This document shows, one piece after another, positions 17,795-28,673 of a DNA stretch of 64,000 nucleotides. The notes beneath the pieces were generated by a model, which searched no databases, was not told where the DNA came from, and worked only from the letters and a program-made list of their open reading frames with translations. How positions within the stretch are numbered: the first letter of the stretch is position 1; each line of letters opens with the position of its first letter. Where the stretch lies: positions 1-64,000 of the IMG/VR virus record IMGVR_UViG_3300013382_000001; one strand, written 5' to 3'. Position numbers and translations under genes: made by a program. The stretch is from a virus (Duplodnaviria; Caudoviricetes).

Positions 17795-19650
17795 TGACAA
17801 AAGAAGAATTATTAAAAGAGAGTTCGTATTATCCACTTATCACACAAGTAAGACGGAAGCGTTGGAAACAAGATAAGAAATTAACAAAAGAAGAAAAAGA
17901 TATTCGTACTAAACAATGGACTACTTTTTATCGAAGGAATTTGAATATATATATTGAGGAAAGACTTAGGATTAAACTAAGACCGTTTCAACATATCATG
18001 ATATATTTAATGTCTATAAGTGAAACATTTTGGTCTATATGTAGTAGAGGGTTAAGTAAAACCTTTTCATGTGCAGCGTTCGCCGTTGGTTGGGCAATGT
18101 TGTTTCCAAAGTCTGAAATAATCATAGTTTCATCTGTAATTAAACAAGCGAACCTTATTATTACTGAAAAAATAGAAGGGGAACTTATGAGTATATCTCC
18201 TGTTCTAAAACAAATGTACGAAGATAAACTTATTGAGTTTAAAGATGAAAACGATTGTAGATGTATGTATTTTAGGATTAATGATTCAAGTATAAAGGTT
18301 CTTCCTGAGGCTGAGAGTTCCAGAGGTAATCGTAGTACAATGCTTATTGCAGAAGAAGCACGACTTTTGACCAAAACAAAATATGATTCAATTTTTAGAG
18401 AAATGCTTCGACCACGAAATGCAGAATATAGGAATATGACAGAATATCAAGGTGATGAATATGCCGATAAAGCAAAAGAAATATTCTTAACATCTGCTTA
18501 TTTTAAATCAAGTTGGATTTGGCGAGCATTTAAACAATGTGTTAAGTCTTGTTTTAATGATAGGTTCGATAATTATAATTTCTTTGCAGGTGATATTTAT
18601 GTTGCAATTTATCACGGTATTAAAACATGGACAGAATTTAGAAAGTCTAAGACCAATTCTGATGAATTAAGTTTCCGCATGGAAACACTTAATGAAATGA
18701 TTGGTGAAGCAGATGGAGCTTACTATACTCTTGAAATGTTTCAACGCAATCAAATTCTTAAAAAAGCTTTACATCCACCAACTAATGAAGAATTTGAAGC
18801 TCGTGTTGATAAAAAGAATCGTAAAAAACAAAACAACGAATATCGTATTCTTTCTGTTGACTTGGCATTTTCAGAAGATGCAGTTGGTAAAAAAGAAGAA
18901 GCTGATAGGTGTGCTTTAGAGATTCTTTCAGTCGTTTGTCGAAAGGATGGTAGGGTAGAACGACGGCTTGAATATATTGAATCGATGGGTGGAGGAGATG
19001 AACAAGCTGTTCACCAAAGAATTAGAGAATTGTATTGGGATTTAAGTTGTGACTACTGTTTGGTTGATGTAAATGGGGGAGGAAATTTGTATTACGGTAT
19101 GCTTTCTTCGCCATGGCAACACCCAACACGGCAAGACTGGAATTCTCATGGTTTTGGTATATGTGAAGAGCCAAATATGCAAGTGTTATCTGAAGGTGTA
19201 TTAAATGAACTTAGACAGCGTACAGTTGACCCAGAATATATTCCATGTATGATACCAATGAAAGCAACAGCGGAGATGAACTCTAATATGTGGAAATCTT
19301 TATGGAAGTCCTTAAATAATAGTAGTTTACTTTTGCTTGAAGATGAGCTTCAAATAACAAAAGAATTTGATGAAGATGTAAGTTCATTAAAAGTTACATC
19401 AGAAGAAAGAGTAAGATATTTGTTACCATATGTTCAAACAAGTTTGCTTATCAACGAAGGTATCAACTTATCAGCAACGTGGAAAGATAATGGTATGTTA
19501 TCATTGTCTCAACCTCGTACTGGGCACAAAGACCGCATGAGTTCGCTCCAATATGCTAATTGGATAGCAGACAAAATAGAAAATAATTATGCAATCTCTC
19601 AAAATCAAGAAGAATTTAATCTTGATGATTTTGAGGGAGTATTGATATAA
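17791..19650 (+). CDS. terL: Terminase large subunit
   Basis: LRPFQ, SRGLSKT Walker A, SRGNR..LIAEEAR Walker B, LSVDLA nuclease, KDRMSS. Confidence 0.92.
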   Translation: MMTKEELLKESSYYPLITQVRRKRWKQDKKLTKEEKDIRTKQWTTFYRRNLNIYIEERLRIKLRPFQHIMIYLMSISETFWSICSRGLSKTFSCAAFAVGWAMLFPKSEIIIVSSVIKQANLIITEKIEGELMSISPVLKQMYEDKLIEFKDENDCRCMYFRINDSSIKVLPEAESSRGNRSTMLIAEEARLLTKTKYDSIFREMLRPRNAEYRNMTEYQGDEYADKAKEIFLTSAYFKSSWIWRAFKQCVKSCFNDRFDNYNFFAGDIYVAIYHGIKTWTEFRKSKTNSDELSFRMETLNEMIGEADGAYYTLEMFQRNQILKKALHPPTNEEFEARVDKKNRKKQNNEYRILSVDLAFSEDAVGKKEEADRCALEILSVVCRKDGRVERRLEYIESMGGGDEQAVHQRIRELYWDLSCDYCLVDVNGGGNLYYGMLSSPWQHPTRQDWNSHGFGICEEPNMQVLSEGVLNELRQRTVDPEYIPCMIPMKATAEMNSNMWKSLWKSLNNSSLLLLEDELQITKEFDEDVSSLKVTSEERVRYLLPYVQTSLLINEGINLSATWKDNGMLSLSQPRTGHKDRMSSLQYANWIADKIENNYAISQNQEEFNLDDFEGVLI

Positions 19651-19674
19651 ATTTATAAGAAAGGAGGAGATAAT

Positions 19675-21261
19675 TTGAAGGATTCAATTAAAAACGAATT
19701 AACCAAAGAACAAGTATTTAGCGTTGTGGAATTTGCACAAGGCTTGATTGATGGTGGTGGATTTTATACACCCGATTTATTAAATTACAACTTAATTGCT
19801 TTAATTGGTGATACAAAAGCACCAGATTATAAAAAGGTTCTTGAAGCTCTTAGCAAAGCAAGAGCGCAAGCAAAAGATTTGCAAGAATATTCAGCTTGGG
19901 TTGAATATAACAACATGCTTTATGCACGGTTAGTTCGATATTATGCAAATATGCTCTCCTTCGATTTAAAAGTTACTTGTATTAATGCAAGTGGCGAAGA
20001 TTATAAAAGTCAAGAGTATTTAGATGATAAAAAACGAGTATGGAAGTTCTTTGATAACTTTGATTATAAGCGTGAATTTGCTAAGGTTGTAGATATTTGC
20101 GCAAGACAGCAAGTCGATTTCACATGGTTTCGTACAACTCGTGGAACTTTCGACCCAACACCTGAAGATGTAAATAACGAAAAGGTTACTAAATTACCGA
20201 AATATACACTACAAGCCATGCCTCAAGATTATTGTAAAATTACAGGATATTTTGAGCAAGGTTTATTGTATGATTTTGATATGATGTATTTCTTAAAGCC
20301 GGGAGTTGACATTGAAGCTTTTGACCCTGTATTTAAGAAAAAGGCAAGAGAAATTTTTGATGAAAATAGTTTCATAAATTATGTTCCGACCAATCCGCTT
20401 AATCGGCGTGATGGGTCTTTTTCATATTGGGTACAAACATCACCTGACATGGGAGCATGGTGTTTTTGCCTTGACGAATTTAAGTTTGATGCAGTTCCAT
20501 TCTTGGCACCAACTTTACCAAATATGATTACTGATAGAGAACTTCAAGCGTTGCAGAAGGACAAAGATATTTCTGCTGCTTATGGGTTGCTTATGGGTGA
20601 GTTGGAACTTTTAGACAAGCAAAAGTCAGGTAATGTTAAGGATGCATTTGCAATTAATCCTAAAACACTTGGTCGATTAATGGGGCTTGTAAGAAAAGGG
20701 CTTGATAAACATATTAAGGTTGGAGGACTGCCAGTTAAAAATCTCGACTTTTATCAATATGAAGACAAAAATCCAGACAGTTATAAGACTCAAGTAGAAA
20801 CTTCGAGTGCTATTGGTGCAAGTGCAGGAAATATGCTCTTTAGCACAAGTAAATTGAGTCAAGAAGAAGCAAGAAATGCAATTATTAATGATAGTAATAT
20901 TATCAAACGAATGTATGCTCAATTCAATGCTTTCTTAAATTTCTATGTAAATAAAAAGACAAGAAAATACAAGTTCTCATTTGAATTTGAAGGTATTAAC
21001 TTTCCATTTGAGCAGGAATACCGACAAAAGAAAGTTATGGAGCTTGCTAATGTTGGTATTGTTCTTCCAAGTGCAATCGGAGCCGCTTATGGTTACAAAC
21101 CGCAAGATTTTGAACGCATGATGGAAGAGGCGAAGTATAGCGGATTTACTGATAATTTAGTTCAGCTCATGTCAATCCACACATCAAGTGACAAAGGTGG
21201 TAGACCAGCACAAAGTGAAGTTAAGACTGAGGCTCGTGAATATGATGATTCAGAAAGTTAA
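19675..21261 (+). CDS. Portal protein
   Basis: 528 aa after TerL, C-terminal GGRP, synteny. Confidence 0.8.
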   Translation: MKDSIKNELTKEQVFSVVEFAQGLIDGGGFYTPDLLNYNLIALIGDTKAPDYKKVLEALSKARAQAKDLQEYSAWVEYNNMLYARLVRYYANMLSFDLKVTCINASGEDYKSQEYLDDKKRVWKFFDNFDYKREFAKVVDICARQQVDFTWFRTTRGTFDPTPEDVNNEKVTKLPKYTLQAMPQDYCKITGYFEQGLLYDFDMMYFLKPGVDIEAFDPVFKKKAREIFDENSFINYVPTNPLNRRDGSFSYWVQTSPDMGAWCFCLDEFKFDAVPFLAPTLPNMITDRELQALQKDKDISAAYGLLMGELELLDKQKSGNVKDAFAINPKTLGRLMGLVRKGLDKHIKVGGLPVKNLDFYQYEDKNPDSYKTQVETSSAIGASAGNMLFSTSKLSQEEARNAIINDSNIIKRMYAQFNAFLNFYVNKKTRKYKFSFEFEGINFPFEQEYRQKKVMELANVGIVLPSAIGAAYGYKPQDFERMMEEAKYSGFTDNLVQLMSIHTSSDKGGRPAQSEVKTEAREYDDSES

Positions 21262-21276
21262 GGAAGGAGGTATAAA

Positions 21277-21786
21277 ATGCTAATCTCTAAAAAGACAAGT
21301 GAAGCGTTGGATATTCTATACGGACAATTCTTTAACTTAAATTCGTTGTTGGACAACGCAGTTAGTTATATGCTCAACGAATGGGCTATGGTACAAGCAA
21401 GTGAAATTATTCATTTGCGCCTTGCGCATTTAATGGGTGTCATGGCAGATTTTATAAGTGAAATAAAAGATGATTATGATGAACGGTCAATTAGACCTGA
21501 AGTTCCAAAACACGATGAAACATATTCGTCTTTAAAAGAAATGTTTGATTATATTTATGATGAGTTTGAAGCAACTTATCGTATGATTGTGCTTACAAAT
21601 AAAATCGCTCTTGAAGAAGGTGATATTAATGTTCATGCAGGGCTTATGGACTTTATGCGTAAGTTCAATAAAGTAATTGGACAGATTATTACACTTAAAA
21701 ATAAAGCAGACCAAGGACTTGATTTTGATACATTTGATTTTAGGATTAAGGATTGGGGTATTGTTGGATTGGATGGTGAGGCGTAA
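21277..21786 (+). CDS. Ferritin/Dps-like four-helix-bundle protein
   Basis: All-helical 169 aa, ...IALEEGDINVHAGLMDF pattern. Confidence 0.55.
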   Translation: MLISKKTSEALDILYGQFFNLNSLLDNAVSYMLNEWAMVQASEIIHLRLAHLMGVMADFISEIKDDYDERSIRPEVPKHDETYSSLKEMFDYIYDEFEATYRMIVLTNKIALEEGDINVHAGLMDFMRKFNKVIGQIITLKNKADQGLDFDTFDFRIKDWGIVGLDGEA

Positions 21787-21962
21787 TGATTTTACGACAA
21801 GAGCCACAAAATCCAAGCCTGTATTATATTGTAGACGAACAAACTCATCTAAAATGGTCGGCTTTAGGACTTTTCCCTACTCATTTATGGCAAGGAAAAT
21901 TTTATTATAGAATAACAAAAGAATTAAATGAAACAATCAAGAAAGGTGGTGATTGCAATTAA
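21786..21962 (+). CDS. Small protein (58 aa), not in ORF track
   Basis: TAATG coupling, MILRQEPQ...KKGGDCN*. Confidence 0.55.
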   Translation: MILRQEPQNPSLYYIVDEQTHLKWSALGLFPTHLWQGKFYYRITKELNETIKKGGDCN

Positions 21963-23661
21963 AGAGCAAAAGGTAAAATTTTCTATCGAAGATTTAAAAT
22001 TAGAAGATTACAACGATGACGAATTTGCGATTGCAAATGTTACTTTCCTTTCCACAAGTAAAAATCAACATAAACTTATTATTACAGAAGAGGTGTTAAG
22101 AGAAAATGCGAAAAGTGTTCTTGGCAAATGGCTCGTAGGTGAATATGATAAGTTTTATAATGATGTAACAACTCATACAGATAACCAACAAATTTTTGGG
22201 TATTTTCCACCAAATCAAGAAGTTGTGTTTATGGAAGATAGAGACATTGTAAAAGCTTCGGCTAATGCAATTATTTCTAAAATTTATTCAAAACAACTTT
22301 GTGATTTATTTGCAGATGAGAAAACTCGAAAAGATGTATCTGTAGAAATGTTGGTAAATGGCGATGAACATGATGATGGTAGTACGGATGTTGATAGTTT
22401 TAGAATTGTAGGCGTTACAGTTCTTGGAAAAGCTCTTGGACGAGAAGTACATGGTTCATGTCCTGATGCCGAAATGAATATGGTTAGATTCTCAATGGAG
22501 GATGCTAATAGATTTTATGAGAGCCACAATAACTCTCTTGCTGAATTACAGCGATTTTCAGAGGAAAGGAGGAAAAATATGGCTGATAAGTACAAAATCA
22601 ATAAGACAGAATTAAAAGATACTCCATGGGGCGATGTTGATAAAACTGAAATGAGAAATAAAATCATGGAAGCTAGTAACAGAGCTATATTGGTAAATTT
22701 TGTATATATGCTTGTTGAGGATGGTTGGAAAGATGCTCCTTCTGAACATTTAAAATATCCAGTTGCACAGCTTGTTGATGATACTTTCTATTATAACCGC
22801 TATGGTCTTGCCTCTGCACTCGCTTATGCAAAACAAGAGGGTGAAGATGAAGTGGTTTCTAAAATAGAAAAGATTTATGACAAGTTTAACTTGGATGTTG
22901 AAAAGAAGGAGGATATGGCAATGAAAGAGATTGAATTTGCTGCTGTCAACCTTAATGATATGTGGGAAAAGGTTTATGCTGCCTTAAATAAGAAAGACGC
23001 TTATAGGTTCTATATTGTTGGACTTTATGAAGAAGACAATAAAAAATTCGCTGTTATTAAAGATAGTGATGCTAATATTTATAAAGTAGACTATTCTTAT
23101 ACAGAGGAAGGACTTATTCTTGCGGACGAATATCAAAAGGTTGAGGTTGAATTTGTTCCGACTGATGATATGAAAAAGTTTGCGGAACCCGAAAATGCTG
23201 AAAAATATACAAAGTTTGCAGACGATGAAGAGCATGATGATGATAGCGACGATGAAGAAGATGAAGAGATAGAAATGTCTGACACTGAGAAACTTGCAGA
23301 TGTTATCGCTCAATGTGAAGAACTCAAAAAAGCTTTAGAAGATAAAGAAAATATCATTATGGAACAAACAGCAGAGCTTGAAGAACTTAGAAAATTCAAG
23401 ACTGAAGCTGAAAATAAAGAAAAAATGACAAAAATTGATGAAGTCATGTGCGATGTAGAAAAGTTCTTAACAAATGACCAGTTTAATGAATTCAAGGTTG
23501 ATGGAATGGCTTGCGAACTTTCTGCTATTAAAAATTGGGAAAATAAAGTTAAAGCTTTTTGTTTCTCATCCGTAGCTAATCAAGATGATAATTTAACACT
23601 CAGAATTACTAACCCTATGAATTTAGAAGATAAGAAAAATTCTGTATGGGATAGATTATAA
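21928..23661 (+). CDS. Prohead protease / scaffold fusion (YonD-like)
   Basis: TTH, VSVEM, GVTVLG protease-like N-terminus; acidic coiled-coil C-terminus; internal RBS-ATG sites. Confidence 0.75.
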   Translation: MKQSRKVVIAIKEQKVKFSIEDLKLEDYNDDEFAIANVTFLSTSKNQHKLIITEEVLRENAKSVLGKWLVGEYDKFYNDVTTHTDNQQIFGYFPPNQEVVFMEDRDIVKASANAIISKIYSKQLCDLFADEKTRKDVSVEMLVNGDEHDDGSTDVDSFRIVGVTVLGKALGREVHGSCPDAEMNMVRFSMEDANRFYESHNNSLAELQRFSEERRKNMADKYKINKTELKDTPWGDVDKTEMRNKIMEASNRAILVNFVYMLVEDGWKDAPSEHLKYPVAQLVDDTFYYNRYGLASALAYAKQEGEDEVVSKIEKIYDKFNLDVEKKEDMAMKEIEFAAVNLNDMWEKVYAALNKKDAYRFYIVGLYEEDNKKFAVIKDSDANIYKVDYSYTEEGLILADEYQKVEVEFVPTDDMKKFAEPENAEKYTKFADDEEHDDDSDDEEDEEIEMSDTEKLADVIAQCEELKKALEDKENIIMEQTAELEELRKFKTEAENKEKMTKIDEVMCDVEKFLTNDQFNEFKVDGMACELSAIKNWENKVKAFCFSSVANQDDNLTLRITNPMNLEDKKNSVWDRL

Positions 23662-23683
23662 TTAAAGAAAGGAAGATTTTATT

Positions 23684-24208
23684 ATGGCAACAAATACACA
23701 TGGTGTAGTAAATACTACTCATTGCTCCTGTTGGGATAACGACGCTCTTAATTATAGCGGCATTGCGGCAACAGATATTGATAATGGTACATTTGTAGCA
23801 CTTGGAGATTTACAGAAAACTGATGAATTTATTGATGAATATACTTTTACAGTAACTGCAAATGCTAATGGTGCTGCTTCTGATATTATGTATATCGTAG
23901 ATACTCCGATTGTTGGTAAGACTATTGATATGCAAATTTATAATGATCCAAGATATTTCTACAATATTGCAGGTCAAGCTATGAGTATCAAACAACTTCA
24001 GAAGGGCAACTGTATTGAAGTTAATGCAGAAGCTATGGAAGCAAATGCAACCCCTGTCGATCAACCAACTTATACTCTTGCATCAATTGGTGCAACTGGT
24101 AAATTACAAATGGTTCAGCAAGGTGGTTCTTTTAGATACCTCGGTGTAGTTGAAAGAGGTATTGGTCAAGAAGTTGTTCCGCATTATGTATTCCAGCTTA
24201 TGGCTTAA
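23684..24208 (+). CDS. Head decoration/stabilising protein
   Basis: DIDNGTFV motif, between scaffold and capsid. Confidence 0.65.
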   Translation: MATNTHGVVNTTHCSCWDNDALNYSGIAATDIDNGTFVALGDLQKTDEFIDEYTFTVTANANGAASDIMYIVDTPIVGKTIDMQIYNDPRYFYNIAGQAMSIKQLQKGNCIEVNAEAMEANATPVDQPTYTLASIGATGKLQMVQQGGSFRYLGVVERGIGQEVVPHYVFQLMA

Positions 24209-24234
24209 TAATTTTATAGAAAGGAAAAGATGCA

Positions 24235-25302
24235 ATGATTACAAATGAATTAAAGAAATTTGCAGCAGGCAATACCGATTTTTATGTTGCATTTGATGAA
24301 TATTATGGTTGTATGAATGATTCTAAGAGAACTCCGTCTATTCCGATGATGGAAATGTCTGAAAAGATTCATTCTGGACTTATCAAGGAAATGGAAAGAC
24401 TGTCTGGCGTTCCACAGGCTACAATGCCAAATGCCTGGACTTCTCATCCGTCAGTCCAATGGTCATATTTTGCAATTCAGAACGAGATTATTAACTCGCT
24501 CATTCCGCAGTACATGACTAATTCTCTTAGCCCGTTCGTAGATTTTAGAACAGTTGACTATGGAGATGTTGTTAAGTTTAAGATTACGCCGAAAACTTTA
24601 TTTATCGTTTCGCGCGGGGGTACGGGCGAAAGAACTAGCTTCCGTCAGAAACAATATGCAGGTGATGCAGTGCTTGCACCGGAAGAACATCTTGTAACAG
24701 TATTCTCTGATTGGCTTGCTGTAGTTGCGGGTAAAGAAGATTTTGCTGAAGCAGTAAGACTCGCTGTGGTTTCTATTGAAAGAAGCATGACAGCTGAAGC
24801 TGTTCAAGCTCTTAATGATGGACTTAATGTAGCTAATAACTATCCAACTCGGTTCATCGAAACTGGCGCATTCAGCTCTCAAACTGCGATTAAGCTAGCG
24901 CAAAAAGTACAAGCTTACAACTTTGGTGCAAAACCTGTATTCTTGGGAACTGCTGCTGCATTATCTAAGGTTCTTCCAGATTACTCCGCAGGCTTTAGAA
25001 TGAATGTTGCAGGTGCTGATGGTTCTGTAAGAATTATGAAGGACTTCTATGGATTTGACTTAGTTGAACTTCCGCAGATTCCGTCTGGTAAGAATTTCGG
25101 TATGATGTTAGATGACGATACTCTGTATGTTGTTCCAACATCTGTTGACAGGGTTGTTAAGGGTGTAATGTGTCCGACTATGACGAACACGAACCAGTTC
25201 TTTGATAACGCTGATATTACTACCAACTATACACTTAGAAGATGGTATAATTTCGGTTTCATCTCAGCGGGGTATGCAGGTCTTTATAAGATTACTGCTT
25301 AA
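24235..25302 (+). CDS. Major capsid protein
   Basis: 355 aa, position, high-expression codon usage, followed by terminator. Confidence 0.8.
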   Translation: MITNELKKFAAGNTDFYVAFDEYYGCMNDSKRTPSIPMMEMSEKIHSGLIKEMERLSGVPQATMPNAWTSHPSVQWSYFAIQNEIINSLIPQYMTNSLSPFVDFRTVDYGDVVKFKITPKTLFIVSRGGTGERTSFRQKQYAGDAVLAPEEHLVTVFSDWLAVVAGKEDFAEAVRLAVVSIERSMTAEAVQALNDGLNVANNYPTRFIETGAFSSQTAIKLAQKVQAYNFGAKPVFLGTAAALSKVLPDYSAGFRMNVAGADGSVRIMKDFYGFDLVELPQIPSGKNFGMMLDDDTLYVVPTSVDRVVKGVMCPTMTNTNQFFDNADITTNYTLRRWYNFGFISAGYAGLYKITA

Positions 25303-25320
25303 TTAAAGTTAAAATATAAT

Positions 25321-25350
25321 GGAGAGCCATCCATTTGGCTCTCCTATTTT
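25321..25350 (+). terminator. Terminator after capsid gene
   Basis: GGAGAGCCA...TGGCTCTCC + T-rich tail. Confidence 0.7.
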
Positions 25351-25376
25351 ATAAGGAAAGAAAGGAATAAAAGGAA

Positions 25377-26060
25377 ATGGCAAGACCTAAGAAAGAAACT
25401 GTTAATGTTACAAATGAAGCTGTTATCGATGAAATAAAAGTAGAAAATACTGATACACAAGCTAAAAAAAATATTAACTTAGAATTTGATTCACAAGATC
25501 AGCTTAAAGCACAAGCTGAACAAATTGCAAACTTACAAGCTCAACTTGAACTTATGATGAGAGCGCAAGCAAACACTCAATCCGTTCCAACTCAATTTGA
25601 AGCGACCAAGAAGCGTAAAATGATTAAGATTATTAATTTATCAGCAGGTGGTTTGACCCTCCAGGGTTCTCGTGTTATTCGTATTGAGAAGCAATTTGAT
25701 AGTGTGACAGTTACAGAAAATGAAGCACGCTTGATTATTTCTAATATGCCAAATTCTGCTCGTAGTGGCATATTTTATATTGCTGATGCGGATTTTGTCG
25801 AAGAGAATAATTTAGATGACTCATATCAGGCAATGCTTGATGAAAAGCAGTTAAAAACTTTGCTGTCTAAGAATGTTAAAGAAGTTTTTGACATTTATCG
25901 TAATGCACCAGATGCTCAAAAGAAAATTATTAACGATATGATTGTTGATGGTAGATTGATGGGTGTTTCGATTGACGCAAATATCTTAGTGGAGCTTGGT
26001 AAATTAAGTGGCATTGACTACTTAAACATCGAAGAAATGGAACAGGATGCAACACAGTAG
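25377..26060 (+). CDS. Head-associated protein (YonA-like position)
   Basis: 227 aa, synteny. Confidence 0.6.
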   Translation: MARPKKETVNVTNEAVIDEIKVENTDTQAKKNINLEFDSQDQLKAQAEQIANLQAQLELMMRAQANTQSVPTQFEATKKRKMIKIINLSAGGLTLQGSRVIRIEKQFDSVTVTENEARLIISNMPNSARSGIFYIADADFVEENNLDDSYQAMLDEKQLKTLLSKNVKEVFDIYRNAPDAQKKIINDMIVDGRLMGVSIDANILVELGKLSGIDYLNIEEMEQDATQ

Positions 26061-26075
26061 TAAGATAGAGAGGTA

Positions 26076-26540
26076 ATGATGGGAACGCTATTTGAAAAAG
26101 TTTATGATAGAGCCTTAATAGTTATTGAGGATTACAAACTTAACAAATTGGCTGAACAAGATTATGAAGCCTTTTTGCTTTACTTACAAGGAACTTTGGA
26201 ACGGTCGATTCCAGATTTCACTTCTTGTAATACCGATTTGTCTTATAATGAAGTTGAGGATGAAAATGGCAATATGGTGATGGCATTTGATAATGAACTT
26301 AGTAATAAAGAAATCAATATTTTATCATCTATTATGGTGTATAATTGGTTTAGTCGCAAAGTTCAAGATGTTACACAATTTCAAGGACACCTCAGCAATA
26401 AAGAATTTAAAGCCCACTCTGAGGCTAATAATTTAAAAGAAAAGTCTGAATATCTTGATAGACTCAGAGAGAAATACAATCAAGATATTGTAGATTATCA
26501 AGTTGAAGCTATGGACTCCTATTTAAACATTATTATATAG
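26076..26540 (+). CDS. Head-tail adaptor
   Basis: FxxVY...FDNELSNKEINIL...KEFKAHSEAN, position. Confidence 0.65.
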   Translation: MMGTLFEKVYDRALIVIEDYKLNKLAEQDYEAFLLYLQGTLERSIPDFTSCNTDLSYNEVEDENGNMVMAFDNELSNKEINILSSIMVYNWFSRKVQDVTQFQGHLSNKEFKAHSEANNLKEKSEYLDRLREKYNQDIVDYQVEAMDSYLNIII

Positions 26541-26542
26541 GG

Positions 26543-26836
26543 GTGATAGTAATGAGAAAAACAAAGAAAAAAATTTTAATCGATATGGTTTTTAAAGTTT
26601 TGTGTGCATATGAGGGATATGAAGATAAGCGAGATAGTTTAGAATCATATCAATCTTGCATACGAACTGCAATTGTGGCTCTTTCGAGTCAACAAGATTC
26701 TGATTCAGTGCTTAATAGCATTATTTTACTCAATGGATTGTTTAATATGGGAGCAAAAGCAAAACACGAAGATGTTAAGCGAGTGGTATTCCATGTTACA
26801 AATGAAATTGAGCGAAAGGTTGAGGAGGTGTTGTAA
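26543..26836 (+). CDS. Small virion-module protein
   Basis: 97 aa, coupled to neighbours. Confidence 0.55.
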   Translation: MIVMRKTKKKILIDMVFKVLCAYEGYEDKRDSLESYQSCIRTAIVALSSQQDSDSVLNSIILLNGLFNMGAKAKHEDVKRVVFHVTNEIERKVEEVL

Positions 26837-28092
26837 TGGCTTTGAAATTTTTTCAAAATTACATGAACACCAATATGGCTCAATCACCAGATGAAGAATA
26901 TAGAGAACTTTTACAGGCTTGTGTGGATGACCAATGGGATAATACTACACAAGTGGTGCAAGTTTTAGAACAAAGTTGTATTGGTGGCACTTGTTGGAAT
27001 CAGATAGATGTTCGAGTAGATTATGCAATTGAAATGGGAACAGGGTTTAAACAAGATGATGATTTTAAGGTATTTGCATTTAAAGACCTTAATCGAAAAG
27101 TTCCAAAAGGACTTATGTATCAATATGATGATGATTATTGGCTTGTAATAAATGCAGGAGAACTTGGTTCGGTTACAAGTGAGATTACTGTTCGTAGATG
27201 CAATAATGTTATGCGTTGGGTTGATAAGTATACAGGTTACATTTATGAATATCCATGCATAATTGAATATGTGCTTGAATCACCACAACAACTTAAAGAT
27301 AAAGATGTGATTACAGCCAATGGACACATTAGTGTTTTATGTCAAGGCGATGAACTTACAAGATGCTTAGATAAGAATTTGCGGTTTTTATTTAATGGTC
27401 AACCATATAAATTGCTCGCTTACCAAAATATGCTCAATGAGGGTGTTAAGGACAATATGGCAAGTAATTTACTCTATCTTGATATGTATTTAGATATGAT
27501 TGAACCCGATGATTGCTTAGAGCGCAATGTGGCTAATTTGAATTCGTATTTATATACAATAGAATTTGTTAATCCACCAACCACAGTTTCAGTTGGGTCA
27601 AAAGGTCAATTACATTCAGTTGTAATGTTAAATGGTCAAGTTGTAGAACGTGGTATTGAATTTTGTTGTAATCAAAATATTACAATAGAAGATAACGGGA
27701 CATTTACAATTATAGGCAACAGTGGTCATAAAGCATATGTTGAGGCTCGAATGGCAGGAAATCCGAATATAAAAGCAAGTGTAAGCATGGATATTGTAGA
27801 AGAACAAGAAGATGTATACTCACTTGTATTTTCTCCATTTATTGACTCATTGAGAGTAGATAAAAATATTGAATTTGATGTATTGATTTATAAGAAGGGT
27901 GTTAAGTATAGCGATTTTATCGAACTCACATCTGAAGGTTTAGATAGTAATGCTTATACACTTACTCGAATAGGCAAAAGTAATCGGTTCAACTTAGAAG
28001 CAAAAGAGATTAGCTCGACACCGCTTATAATAATAGCAAGTTACCACGAGACAACAGCTAAGATGAATATTGTATTTACGAGTATGTTTTAG
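26836..28092 (+). CDS. Head closure/neck protein with Ig-like C-terminus
   Basis: YWLV...RRCNN...W motif, position. Confidence 0.6.
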   Translation: MALKFFQNYMNTNMAQSPDEEYRELLQACVDDQWDNTTQVVQVLEQSCIGGTCWNQIDVRVDYAIEMGTGFKQDDDFKVFAFKDLNRKVPKGLMYQYDDDYWLVINAGELGSVTSEITVRRCNNVMRWVDKYTGYIYEYPCIIEYVLESPQQLKDKDVITANGHISVLCQGDELTRCLDKNLRFLFNGQPYKLLAYQNMLNEGVKDNMASNLLYLDMYLDMIEPDDCLERNVANLNSYLYTIEFVNPPTTVSVGSKGQLHSVVMLNGQVVERGIEFCCNQNITIEDNGTFTIIGNSGHKAYVEARMAGNPNIKASVSMDIVEEQEDVYSLVFSPFIDSLRVDKNIEFDVLIYKKGVKYSDFIELTSEGLDSNAYTLTRIGKSNRFNLEAKEISSTPLIIIASYHETTAKMNIVFTSMF

Positions 28093-28103
28093 GAGGTGGA
28101 ATT

Positions 28104-28673
28104 ATGGCAAGTTTTAACAAATTTACAAGTTTACCATTTGTTCCATATCGAATCGTGGTTAAACTCACAGAGAACGATAACTTCTTTAAATTATTAAAGT
28201 ATAATACATATGATGCTTTGTCGATGCCTAATTTAACTGAAGATGAAAAACTTGAGTTGATTTGTAAGGATTTTGATGATATGCATAATTTTAATATTTT
28301 CCTTACGAATATTGAACCAAATGAACTCGTTAGTTCTAAAACAATTTTAAAACTATATCGTTATGATACATTGCCAGATAATTATGTTATCTCGACAATT
28401 TCTTATAAATTTGATATTCTATACGGCACAAAAAATGCTTTAGTAGATTATCAAGGAGTTCCATGTCCAAGAGTTGATGTAATGGAAATGGAACTAATGA
28501 AAACATTAAATGGAGCAGATGTTGCAGGAGTTGGTAAATTACAATTCAACCATGACCTATCTCGTCTTTGTCGCTCAACACTTAATATTGGAAACAACTA
28601 TACTTTTACAGGAACTTCTATAGTTATGGCTACACAACTATCTGATACTGGAGGAGATGGAGTTTGTGGATAA
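28104..28673 (+). CDS. Tail completion/terminator protein
   Basis: KLLKY...DAL, GVGKLQF; position. Confidence 0.55.
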   Translation: MASFNKFTSLPFVPYRIVVKLTENDNFFKLLKYNTYDALSMPNLTEDEKLELICKDFDDMHNFNIFLTNIEPNELVSSKTILKLYRYDTLPDNYVISTISYKFDILYGTKNALVDYQGVPCPRVDVMEMELMKTLNGADVAGVGKLQFNHDLSRLCRSTLNIGNNYTFTGTSIVMATQLSDTGGDGVCG

